Source: Octopus sinensis
Lineage: Eukaryota
Length of the DNA: 64,000 nucleotides
Direction of reading: 5' to 3'
Assembly: GCF_006345805.1 (NCBI RefSeq)
Contig: NC_043009.1
Location: 65,472,001 to 65,536,000, forward strand
Shown here: in pieces, positions 40,441 through 52,300 of the stretch
Numbering within the stretch: position 1 is the stretch's first letter
Layout: every line of letters starts with the position of its first letter
Made by a program: the position numbers and the translations under genes
The notes under the pieces: generated by a model
Told to the model about the DNA's origin: nothing
The model's input: only the letters and a program-made list of their open reading frames with translations
The model's database searches: none

Positions 40441-41846
40441 CTTCATATGGCTTACATTTGCCCATATAGCATTCGAATATACAGATGGTGATGGGTGTAC
40501 AATATTCAAAATGGAAAGGAATCGATAAATAGATTGATAAATAAGTTCCCACTTCTAAGATGTTGTTGTTCTTCTTCTTCGTATGCATTTCTTAACTGCT
40601 TTAGTTAGAACAATGCCGTTACAACAATGCTTTTGAGTAGAATAATTAACTGCAAAGCTAACCGAAATTTGAAATGCTAGCCTCCACTTGCATTGCATTC
40701 GATTCTGACAGAAGAATTCCGATACGACAATACGACAATACATATTCTTTCGCTTGTTGAGATTCATTTCCGTTTCCTCTCTTACTGTTCTATTTCTCAG
40801 CAAATGTTTTCGTTGAGGGCGTTATTTAGTAATTTCCGTTTCAACGACAGTCTTATATGCGGTCGACAAGCACCTGTCGTTCTAGCAAAGCTATCTGCCA
40901 GTATCTTTGTCACGTCAATTGTTTCTTATACAGCTGCAACCATGTGTCCGTTTTCATATCATTGTTTTTCAGATTCTCTACCATCCCTCGCTCTTCCCAT
41001 TCACTCCTCGCATAAACACTCTTATCCATCATACCATTTTTTCTATCCTTTCTTGATGGTTTTACTCGTTATTTATTTGTTCTTTTAATCATGTCTGTTT
41101 TTGTTTTACATATTTTTATTTTGGTTTTCATCATATTTCTATGATTTTTTTCATTATTTTTAATTATTTCTTTCTGTTATTTATTATTTTCCATTTTATA
41201 CATTCATTGTATATTTTATTACAGCAAAAGTATTGATTGGTTGATGACAAGTGTATATAGAACACCAGAGTGAATTTCATCATCCAGTTTCGTTCACTCA
41301 ATTTTTTCATTTTCGAAACTTATCCACCAAGACCACTTCTTTTCTTCGTCTGATATCGATAAAATACTGAGCACCTCAAATGGTACTTTTGAGACAAGGG
41401 GATCATTCAATAATTACCAAAGTAATTTTCTATCCAAAACTGCCTTTGTATTTAATGATAGACTACAAAGTTGACCTACGCGCTCTGTCTTTCTTTTACC
41501 AATCTAGAACTGATTTGCTGAATGTCTTTGACAAAACGCGATCTTGAATATTGCAATTCCATTCTTAAATTCTTCTCCTGCAGACATCAGCGAACATCTA
41601 GAATTAACAGCTTCCATATAGATAGATAGATAGGTAGATAGAGGCATACATACATACATACTTAGAAAGACAGGCAGACAGACAGACAGGTATATATATA
41701 TATGAAACAGATAGGTATCATTCGAAAGCTACAAGGTAAGGAAACACAAGTGGCGTATAATGTGTATTGTATAATATATATCATATCTATCTATCTATCT
41801 ATTATCTCTGTGTTTGTATACACACACATATATATGTATATATATA

Positions 41847-42028
41847 GTTAATCCAAACAAGAAAGCACAAAAACAACAACGCGAGGACGTGGAACAAATA
41901 TAGTATTATTGGACGTTCAGGAAAGAAGGAAAGAAGGCGGGTTTAACGTTTCGAGCGGAGCTCTTCGTCAGAAACATAGGAGAAGGAAAGATCCAGAGAA
42001 GGGAAGACAAAGGGAAAAAATCGCCAAC
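41847..42028 (-). mobile_element. Short HHR-bearing repeat between (TA)n tracts
   Basis: Reverse complement of the 21911-22121 family. Confidence 0.7.
41941..41975 (-). ncRNA. Minimal type I hammerhead ribozyme (same family as 21990)
   Basis: Reverse complement reads GTTT-CTGACGA-A-GAGC(tcc)GCTC-GAAA-CGTT-AAAC. Confidence 0.78.
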
Positions 42029-42045
42029 ATATATATATATATATA

Positions 42046-42076
<31 letters not shown>

Positions 42077-42190
42077 GCATATATATATGTATATATGTAT
42101 GCATGTATGTATATAATATATATATTTTAATAATATACAGTAAAATAAAAAAACCTTTTAGGTAGAAAACTTTAAAATATACCTAAATGG

Positions 42191-42257
<67 letters not shown>

Positions 42258-43308
42258 TAATGCAAGATACACAAATGCACATATACATTCACACAGTAAA
42301 TATATAATGCAGCTCAATGGTCTTTACTCCGCCAAAGCTGTCTCTGCCTTGTACCTCATACACACAACTATATATCTGTCTCTCCACCTCGCAGCATTTC
42401 TGGTGGATCCAAGCCAAATCTGCTCTGAATTGACACATCTATGCAAACCGCCATCGTCAGAGTATACAGCCACCAGGTATCTCCTCCCCACCATCTTGCT
42501 TATTTCTTTTCTGCAGGTGTTGATGTTTAGCAGCAAAAACAAAAAAAAAAAAGAAAAAAGTTAGAAGACTTACGCCATCAATCTGACCAGTCAAAACCAC
42601 CCGAAGGGGCAATGAGCCCTGCTCCTTTTCACCATATTTACAAAGTAAAGACTATCTGCAGTCTCACCACACGCACAGACTTACGCATACACACAAATGT
42701 ACACAGGTATATACACACGTAAATAAACGTATGAAAAGGTAAGGAGGCAGAGACGTAGAGATGGCGATAGGAGAGCAAAGAGATGTTTTATCAAATAAAT
42801 GAAAGCCTTAGTATTTTTGTCCTCTTAATCTTCTATCTCAATAAATCTACTTATTAAAATGCACAAAGTTGTCTCTTTTTTTCCTCTCTCAACTCGCGTG
42901 GCATCCTCTCATTAGGAATGCTTAATCTTAATGTCTTGATATTTCTAAAGATAATAGCCGAAGGCGGAACACCTTGATCTTAGCAGATGCGGATTTCCTC
43001 TCTCTCTCTCTCTCTCTCTTAATCTTTTCCTTCAACAAGTAACCTAATTGATAGACGCTCTTTATTAGCATCTCAAAGTAAACACGCATCCATGTTTATG
43101 CATGTTTCTCTGTATACACACAACAAACATGCATACATACACACATCTTACATATGCATATATGTATGAATATATATATACACACACACATATATATATA
43201 TTGCATATTTATATATATGTAGATATGTATATATATGCATATATATACATATACATACATATATATTTATTTATTTATCTATTTGTATACTCTCTCTCTA
43301 TGTATATG

Positions 43309-43394
<86 letters not shown>

Positions 43395-43850
43395 TGTGCA
43401 TGCTGTCGATGTAAATCTGCATTTATTTGAATACACGAATAGACATGTCTATATATTTACATATATGCACATATATATATATACATACATATATACATAC
43501 ATACATACATACATACATACATACATACATACATACATACATACATACATACATACATACATACATACACACACACACATATATATATATATATCTATAT
43601 CGGATGAACATGAATTTCTTCCTTGGATTTTTAATGTCTTTTCTTCATATTTAACTTTCGAATTTTTTTGAAGAAGCCGTATCGGTTTGTATAGTTTGTA
43701 TGTAAATAATCAGTCTAGGACTTAACTTTTTCAACAAAGTTCAACAAATTTATTTATATTAATGAAATGAAGGAGATTTTAATATCCAAACTCATTTCAT
43801 TACTACGAATAAACTTACTGAACATTGTTCAATAAGTGAGTAATACGCTG

Positions 43851-43897
<47 letters not shown>

Positions 43898-44062
43898 TAT
43901 ACATGTACACATATATACATATATACATATATATATATATATGTATATATAATATATATATATACATATACATATACATAATACATATATACATACATGC
44001 ATACATATATATATAATACATATACATATACATAATACATATATACATACATGCATACATAT

Positions 44063-44117
<55 letters not shown>

Positions 44118-44390
44118 TATATATATTATATATATAATATATATATATATTATATATATAATATATATAATTAATCAATTTAGGGTAGCAAAAAATTCAG
44201 TAAAAATTTATCGCTACCAGCGGCCTAGTGGAAAAGAAAATAGTCAAAAGACTAAATATATATAAATATAACAATTTAGGAATGGCCTAAACAGGCCATT
44301 CGTCCACCAGAAAGAGCAGCCAGAACTCCAACCGCCAAGTAGTGCAATTCGGAAATAAAGTGAAAATTTAAAAACGTTTACCCTAATTCA

Positions 44391-44491
44391 TCTTTTATAC
44401 GATGCATCGTTTCAGTGTCTTTAATGATAGACCAGCCTAATTAAATTAAATTAAGCTAGTCTACCATAGGTCACACTTCATCAGTAAAAGA
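44391..44491 (-). ncRNA. Type I hammerhead ribozyme in the inverted arm
   Basis: Reverse complement of the same motif (TCATCAG at 44478-44484; TACGATGCATCGTTTC at 44398-44413). Confidence 0.92.
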
Positions 44492-44856
44492 AACCTGGGA
44501 GAGACGGATATACACGAGGCGACTGTATCAATGCCTCGGGAATATCTGTCTTAAAATTTTCAAGACCAACGCATTCGCGCCAAACTTATCGGCAGCAAAT
44601 ATAAACTGCCGATTCAATCTCAGAATTAGTCAGAAAATTATCAATTAATCAATTTAGGGTAGCAAAAAATTCAGTAAAAATTTATCGCTACCAGCGGCCT
44701 AGTGGAAAAGAGAAAATAGTCAAAAGACTAAATATATATAAATATAACAATTTAGGAATGGCCTAAACAGGCCATGCGTTGGTCTTGAAAATTTTAAGAC
44801 AGATATTCCCGAGGCATTGATACAGTCGCCTCGTGTATATCCGTCTCTCCCAGGTT

Positions 44857-44957
44857 TCTTTTACTGATGAAGTGTGACCTATGGTAGACTAGCTTAATTT
44901 AATTTAATTAGGCTGGTCTATCATTAAAGACACTGAAACGATGCATCGTATAAAAGA
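44857..44957 (+). ncRNA. Type I hammerhead ribozyme, unit copy 1
   Basis: Stem I TCTTTTA/TAAAAGA; CTGATGA 44864-44870; stem II AGTGT...ACACT; GAAA at 44935; palindromic stem III ACGATGCATCGT; predicted GUA cleavage after 44950. Confidence 0.92.
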
Positions 44958-45329
44958 TGAATTAGGGTAAACGTTTTTAAATTTTCACCTTATTTCCGAA
45001 TTGCACTACTTGGCGGTTGAGTTCTGGCTGCTCTTTCTGGTGGACGAATGGCCTGTTTAGGCCATTCCTAATTGTTATATTTATATATATTTAGTCTTTT
45101 GACTATTTTCTCTTTTCCACTAGGCCGCTGGTAGCGATAAATTTTTACTGAATTTTTTGCTACCCTAAATTGATTAATTGATAATTTTCTGACTAATTCT
45201 GAGATTGAATCGGCAGTTTATATTTGCTGCCGATAAGTTTGGCGCGAATGCGTTGGTCTTGAAAATTTTAAGACAGATATTCCCGAGCATTGATACAGTC
45301 GCCTCGTGTATATCCGTCTCTCCCAGGTT

Positions 45330-45430
45330 TCTTTTACTGATGAAGTGTGACCTATGGCAGACTAGCTTAATTTAATTTAATTAGGCTGGTCTATCATTAA
45401 AGACACTGAAACGATGCATCGTATAAAAGA
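45330..45430 (+). ncRNA. Type I hammerhead ribozyme, unit copy 2
   Basis: Same motif; CTGATGA 45337-45343; predicted cleavage after 45423. Confidence 0.92.
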
Positions 45431-45803
45431 TGAATTAGGGTAAACGTTTTTAAATTTTCACCTTATTTCCGAATTGCACTACTTGGCGGTTGGAGTTCTG
45501 GCTGCTCTTTCTGGTGGACGAATGGCCTGTTTAGGCCATTCCTAATTGTTATATTTATATATATTAGTCTTTTGACTATTTTCTCTTTTCCACTAGGCCG
45601 CTGGTAGCGATAAATTTTTACTGAATTTTTTGCTACCCTAAATTGATTAATTGATAATTTTCTGACTAATTCTGAGATTGAATCGGCAGTTTATATTTGC
45701 TGCCGATAAGTTTGGCGCGAATGCGTTGGTCTTGAAAATTTTAAGACAGATATTCCCGAGGCATTGATACAGTCGCCTCGTGTATATCCGTCTCTCCCAG
45801 GTT

Positions 45804-45904
45804 TCTTTTACTGATGAAGTGTGACCTATGGTAGACTAGCTTAATTTAATTTAATTAGGCTGGTCTATCATTAAAGACACTGAAACGATGCATCGTATAA
45901 AAGA
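45804..45904 (+). ncRNA. Type I hammerhead ribozyme, unit copy 3
   Basis: Same motif; CTGATGA 45811-45817; predicted cleavage after 45897. Confidence 0.92.
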
Positions 45905-46479
45905 TGAATTAGGGTAAACGTTTTTAAATTTTCACCTTATTTCCGAATTGCACTACTTGGCGGTTGGAGTTCTGGCTGCTCTTTCTGGTGGACGAATGGC
46001 CTGTTTAGGCCATTCCTAAATTGTTATATAAATATATATATATATATGTCTGGGAGGAATTCTCTTACCGCACTGATGTTGCCCGTGCTGCAGGTGGTGG
46101 CTACATTGAACACTTGTAAGACAAGAAATAAAAGTTGATTGTGATAAAATACTTGTGACTTAGCTGGAGTTTTCTATTGTTTTTTCTTATCAAAATATTG
46201 CGTAATGAAATCGGTTCATTCTTTCTTTAATAACCCTGTATATGATAGATCGTTAGCTACTACACACATTTTTCTCTCTCCTTGTTTCTTTCTGTGGAAG
46301 AGCGTAGGCTCGAAATTTTAAAGTCTTTTTCACTTCCAGAGCGTTGTACTAATGCATCTGTTTGTTTTCTACACCACCTGTATTCGTCTTTTGTTTCTTC
46401 CGTGAATTTTCCCTTTATATATATATATATATATATATACACACGCATTTGTGCATGTGTCTGCGTGAGTTCTGTGTTG

Positions 46480-46640
46480 GTATTTGTCTCTCAGTGCCTG
46501 ACAACCGATGTTAGATTGTTTACATCTGTATGAGTTAACAAGTCGTCGAATTGTACTTGAAATATTACTATGTCTGATTTCAATTTCTAAACCTTTTAGC
46601 GCGGTGTCTCAGCATGGCTGCAGTTCAGTGACTGACACAA
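46480..46640 (+). mobile_element. SINE family A, degraded 3' half
   Basis: GACAACCGATGTT...GCGGTGTCTCAGCATGGCTGCAG..TGACTGACACAAG. Confidence 0.65.
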
Positions 46641-46738
46641 GTTCATATGGAAATATACATACATCCGTACACATATACATACACAATACGTAAATTCAGT
46701 TTGTTTTGTAAATGTTTGCGTATGTGTGTATGTGTGTG

Positions 46739-46781
<43 letters not shown>

Positions 46782-47127
46782 TGTGTGTAGCTTTAATTTA
46801 CAGAAAGCAAAAGACGAAGACAAGTAAAGTAGCAAGAAGTAGCAAGAATGGAAATCTTCTACAAACAAATTCACTGCAGTTAAAGTGTGGGAAAACATCT
46901 CGCTTATAGTAAAATATGTACAGACTCTCCTCTCTGCACCACGGTAAGTGCAGTGAATTTGCCTGTAGAAGATAACATATGAAACACACATATCTTAGCT
47001 AACACTAAAGTACACACAATCACACACACACACACGCACACACACACAGAAACACACTTTCACACGCACACTCATACACACACGCCAATATATATATATA
47101 TATATTTACATAAATATTTATACATAT

Positions 47128-47514
47128 ACTAGCAATATCGCCCGGCGTTGCTCGGGTTTGTAAGGGAAATAACTATATAAGCATTTTTAGAGATGTAAAG
47201 TATAATAGCCATCTCAATATGGCTTTTTACGTTCTGAGTAGCTTTTTACGTTCTGAGATTTAATAATAAATTTTTAGAGAGTTACTTCCCTTATATATGC
47301 CAAAAATGCATTAAAAATGGGAAAAATTGATGGTAATTTTTTTTTAAATCGTAGACTCATCGTAGACGCGCGCTAATACCCAGAAGGGCTCGATATGAAT
47401 CACGACTATAAGATACCCGGTTTTAGTTAAACTGCACCGCAAAATGTGGGAGTAGTTAGGAATCTAAATCGTAGGAGACAGACAGCACACAACCTCACTT
47501 TTATATATAAAGAT
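47128..47514 (+). mobile_element. Non-autonomous Helitron/Helentron-like (HINE-type) element
   Basis: 5' ACTAGCAATATCGCCCGGCGTTGCTCGGG and 3' CTTTTATATATAAAGAT, termini typical of invertebrate Lep1/HINE-like repeats; no ORF. Confidence 0.55.
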
Positions 47515-47815
47515 ATGAGGTCTATATCATACTTATTTATAAACGGTTTTGTAACATTACGTCGGGGGATTAATTTTCAACATGGATTTCTTTTAATCCG
47601 AAGAACTTGCTTCATATCTACATTAATATAAAGATTGTTTATATCAATACAGACATGTAAGTGATTTATTACTTATTATAAAACATAATACTATAAATTA
47701 TGTATACATGCTTTATTAAGCTGTGAAACAATTGTTAAATAAGAATTTCGAATGGTTTTTCTGTTTTATCGTACTAAATATTTTATGTGTTGTAGAATGG
47801 TATATTAGGAGCTTT

Positions 47816-48048
47816 AGGGCGGTGAGCTGGCAGAAACGTTAGCGCGCCGGACGAAATGCTTAGCGGTATTTCGTCTGCCGCTACGTTTTGAGTTCAAATT
47901 CCGCCGAGGTCGACTTTGCCTTTCATCCTTTCGGGGTCGATAAATTAAGTACCAGTTACGCACTGGGGTCGATGTAATCGACTTAATACCTATGTCTGTC
48001 CTTGTTTGTCCCATCTATGTTTGGCCCTTTGTGGGTAATAATGAAATA
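47816..48048 (+). mobile_element. tRNA-derived SINE family B, complete, with 17-bp TSD
   Basis: A-box TGGCAGAAACG, B-box GAGTTCAAATTCC, central GCCTTTCATCCTTTCGGGGTCGATAAATTAAGTACCAG; GGTATATTAGGAGCTTT at 47799-47815 and 48049-48065. Confidence 0.92.
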
Positions 48049-48217
48049 GGTATATTAGGAGCTTTCTTCGGGAGTACTAGTGGATTAATTGACTTAAAAT
48101 TACACAAATAAATTACACAAATAAAATTACACAAAATTACACAAACACAAATATATGCATGATATATATATATTTATTTATGCGTATCCATCTAGTAATT
48201 TATTTAATAAAGTAATA

Positions 48218-48255
<38 letters not shown>

Positions 48256-48263
<8 letters not shown>

Positions 48264-48368
48264 ACAAAAGGTGAAGACAGGTGTATGAACTACGAGCAAG
48301 CAAGTGTATTAGTTTGACCACTCGGAAAAAAATGAAACGGTTTTTTACGTTTCGAGCTAGGCCCTTCA
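48256..48368 (-). mobile_element. Truncated copy of the 31481 family (HHR cut within the core)
   Basis: Reverse complement TGAAGGGCCTAGCTCGAAACGTAAA...GTTCATACACCTGTCTTCACCTTTTGTTTT. Confidence 0.6.
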
Positions 48369-48458
48369 CACACACTTACGCACACACATATACATACATT
48401 CACACACAAGTATAGATGGGTATATATATATAATATATATATACATACACACACATAT

Positions 48459-48501
<43 letters not shown>

Positions 48502-49012
48502 CATAGATGTATATGAAGGACCTGCCTTAATACCAGTAAATTAAACGTAAAATGTTCTTTCTGTGGAATGTCATTAATTAGTGAGCAATATTTTAATTAG
48601 CTACATGACATGTTATACTCACTTATTAATTTTTTGTCAGCCAGGTGATATACACTAACAGTTTCAAATACGAGAAAAAAAAACTAGATTTAAAATATCC
48701 ACATTTTATTTCATTAAACCTTATTAGATGCCCTAAGGTGGGGAATTGAGCATACGCCCTGTCATCTTTGACCTCCACTGCTGGGTTTACATCTTTCCTA
48801 TTATTTTCTTCTGCAATAATTCTTTTTTGCTACGCATTAATATATTGCCCTTTGATATTTTGTAATTATTTTTCTTTCCATCATTCAATCATATCATTTT
48901 CGTTTCCAAAGGGTCACCTGCTAATTTTAATAGCACAATACAGATATTCTCCCAGAAGAAAGATGTATTGATAAGTAAATAGATAGATGTCTATAAGTAA
49001 AGCTTTTCATTC

Positions 49013-49054
<42 letters not shown>

Positions 49055-49081
49055 ACATATATTTAATATAAATATATATAT

Positions 49082-49121
<40 letters not shown>

Positions 49122-49252
49122 CATCGTGTGTATGTGTACATAAAATATACATATATACATATATATGTGTGTGTGTATATATAATATATACAAATATATA
49201 TACGTATATATATATAAACATATGTATATATATGTATATGCATCTCTCCCTT

Positions 49253-49306
<54 letters not shown>

Positions 49307-52300
49307 GTACGTATGTATATATGTATGTACATATAATCTGGTGTGTGGTTTGTTTATGACGTTCGGATATGAGGACCTGTATGTGTGAATGCCGTCTCTA
49401 AACAACGACTGGCAATAATATGTTATAGATTCTTGTATAGCTGAATATCATCCCTTAAATATGTGACAATTCTTCTTTTCTTTGTAATTCAATATGTACG
49501 TATGTGCGTGAACAAAAATTATGTGTGTTCGTGTGTGTATGTGTGTGTGTGTATGTGTGTATTTGTATACAGTTTTGCTCTTATTATTTCATTTTTTTTC
49601 TTTAAAGACTAACAGTTCTTCAGAATTTCACCATCAATAACATCCTAGTTTCCTATTTTTCATAACTTACCGTTTCTATAATCTGCCTCTGCTTCCTCAC
49701 CTCTTAATCTCTCTATGTCTTCATTTTACTCTCTTCTAATTAAAAAAATAAATTCTCCTATCTTTCTTTGACACAAATAAATCCAGATGCAGGTTTTAAT
49801 ATGTCTTGTATTTTCGCAGTTACTTCTTTTTGCGACAGGTCATAATTTCATATACCATCACAATGAATGACGTTAATGGATAGCTTATTGTTGTTGTTGT
49901 AGCTGTTCTTTGTATGAAGAAACACAGTCTGAGATGAAATATATTCAAGTAAGATAGCCTGGAGATATTAGAGAATTTTGTTTGGCGTATGCCTGTGCGT
50001 TGGAAATGCACAAGAGTTGTTTGCGTGTCAGATTGAGTGTGCGAATATTTGCCAATGTAGTAAGGATTTCTGACTTTGACAGCATGCCCTAAATTTGAGG
50101 CAAGATCGAGTCAGCAATAATGGTTGATTAATACTCACACTAACCTTATTAACACCGGATGAATGAAAAGAAAGTCGACCTCGCCAGGACTGCAGCGCAA
50201 ATCGTACAGAGAAGTAAATCGCTGCCATATGTGTGTGAATATGAAGTGGGATTTCTAGGAGAAAAACATGAAGAAGCAGAGAATCATTTCGGTCTATCTT
50301 CAGGATTTGATTGGTATTCTATAGTCGCCACCGGTATAAAATAAATGTAAAAATTACTTTGGAAGATATTGAACGAAAAATGCAGAAAGATGAATATCGC
50401 ATTTTGTTAATTTCTCTACCGATTCTGCTAATAGAGAGTGTATGTCTATATCAGAATGGTTTCAAAATTTAGGCTCAGGGTCGGCAATTTCGTCTCCAGT
50501 ACTTGGCTGGTTGTCTTATTTTATCGACCTTGAAATGATAAAAGTGAAAGCTGATTCCGATGGATTTTAATTCAGAACATAAAAGGTAGAGATTAAATAT
50601 CGTTACAAATGCTTGTTTGATGCTCTAATGTTTCTGCTAATGTGTAAGAAAGTGGGATACTATACAGTTGATTGTAGCATAATTTTAACAAATATAGTAA
50701 AAGCCTAAAAACAAAAGTTCATATTGTCTCGAGTGGCGAACTGGACCAGCGTTGGACAAAGGACGACCATTTGAAGAGACCCTGTCTGTTATGGGGATTC
50801 CTATCTGTAAATTTCAGTTTGATATTTTAATGTGATTTCGTAGATTCTATCCAAAGAACATAAGATCCATTTTAAGAGGGACAAAAGGAATGGTTATAGG
50901 AAAATTCACCGTAGACATTTTCACTGTAAGAAATTCTTCCCTAAACGAGGCACACAAGAAAACTGTAAACTAGACAACTCACCTTAAAGAAATTACCTTT
51001 CCCTAATAGGCAGGTTAGTTAATGACACTGACGTTTTAAGAAAATAGCTAATCATTTCTTTTTTTTTTTTTTTTTTGCAATATCTTTTTTTTTACGGTAT
51101 ATTTTTCTAAGGCAAAAATGTCTGCGGCGAATTTTCCGGACACAGAAAAGAACAGTAAAGGGCAGTTGAGTTGAACAGACAAAAGTTAGGCAAGAGGTTG
51201 TGTTTATAAGATGTCACATGTCAATGGAGGTTTGCCCACTGGAATTCGATGACCTTTCACTAAGTACAGCCCTGTCATTGCCTCTCGCGTAGAAGAGTTT
51301 CTTTTCAGAGATACGAAATGGTGTGATTTAGAATTAGGATTTGAGGTCGAACAATATAGCATAATATAGTCTGAAATGATATAGAAAAAAGATAGACTCA
51401 AAGTTGTCTTTGAAAAACTACTACAGAAATATGGCTAAGAGAGTATGGGCAGTAGTACAGCACCACTGGCGGCCAGTGACCCTGAAGATTCATCTGCAAT
51501 TGAGACAGGCTTTCCTAACATCGTAGTTGATAATATGTTTGAATTTTTTTTTTGGACAAGTTTTTTCAGAGCTGTTCAAAAGTCCTCATGACTCAGAATT
51601 AAAGGCCTTAATGAGGCCAATGTAGTGGAATAATGAAGATAGATATTTGCCGATGTATTTCACTTGTAGTGGACAAGCGGAGAATTCCGTGTTGAATTCC
51701 TCATCCAGTGCGAAACCTGAGAATAAGAAGGAAAGCTATCTAAACATATTGACTGCTTCTATCCAGAATATTACTACTCACTATCTCCCTTACAACAGTG
51801 AGAATTACCGTTTTGTCTGTACTGCTGGCAGAATTATTACCGAGGTCGATAAAATAATACCAGTTGAATACTGGAGTCCACGTAATTGACTAGCACCATC
51901 CCCAAAACGTCACATCTTGTGCCTATTATTATTATTATTAAGCATACTAGCTGAAATACCGCCCTCCAGGCGGTTTTCTGCAAGTAAGGAGTATTCTAAT
52001 TTGTATTGTTGCATTCATTAGAAATCAAATTAATTGTTGATGTTCCTCCTGTCAGTGACTGTTGCTTTCATAGAAAGATTAGGAGTCATTTCAAATTCCT
52101 CCCAGTTATGTGTAAAGAAGAACAAAGGCCACGTCAATGTGTCAGTCCTTAGCATATTTTTAATCATTTCATTAGGCTCCATATCAACATTTCTAGAGAA
52201 AAAAGTTCACCGACAATATATTCAAACGCAGTATGATGCTGTTATACATTTTATCTAATCAATGTTTGGAGCGGAAGGGAATGGGTAACCCGTGCCCTTG

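Larger units (their letters stand above)
44169..46029 (+). mobile_element. Tandem + inverted array of a 474-bp hammerhead-ribozyme-containing unit (retrozyme-like / Penelope pLTR-like), inserted in (TA)n
   Basis: ATGCGTTGGTCTTG recurs at 44774, 45248 and 45721 (period 474/473). 44169-44775 is the reverse complement of the same unit (period 474). Copies are near-identical, the ORF track has no ORF inside the array, and both flanks are (TA)n. Confidence 0.9.

Noticed and set aside
42324-42542. Higher-complexity ORF and splice-like signals (CCAG|GTATCT ... TTTCTGCAG)
   Set aside because: The implied intron is only 40 nt and no protein family is recognisable.
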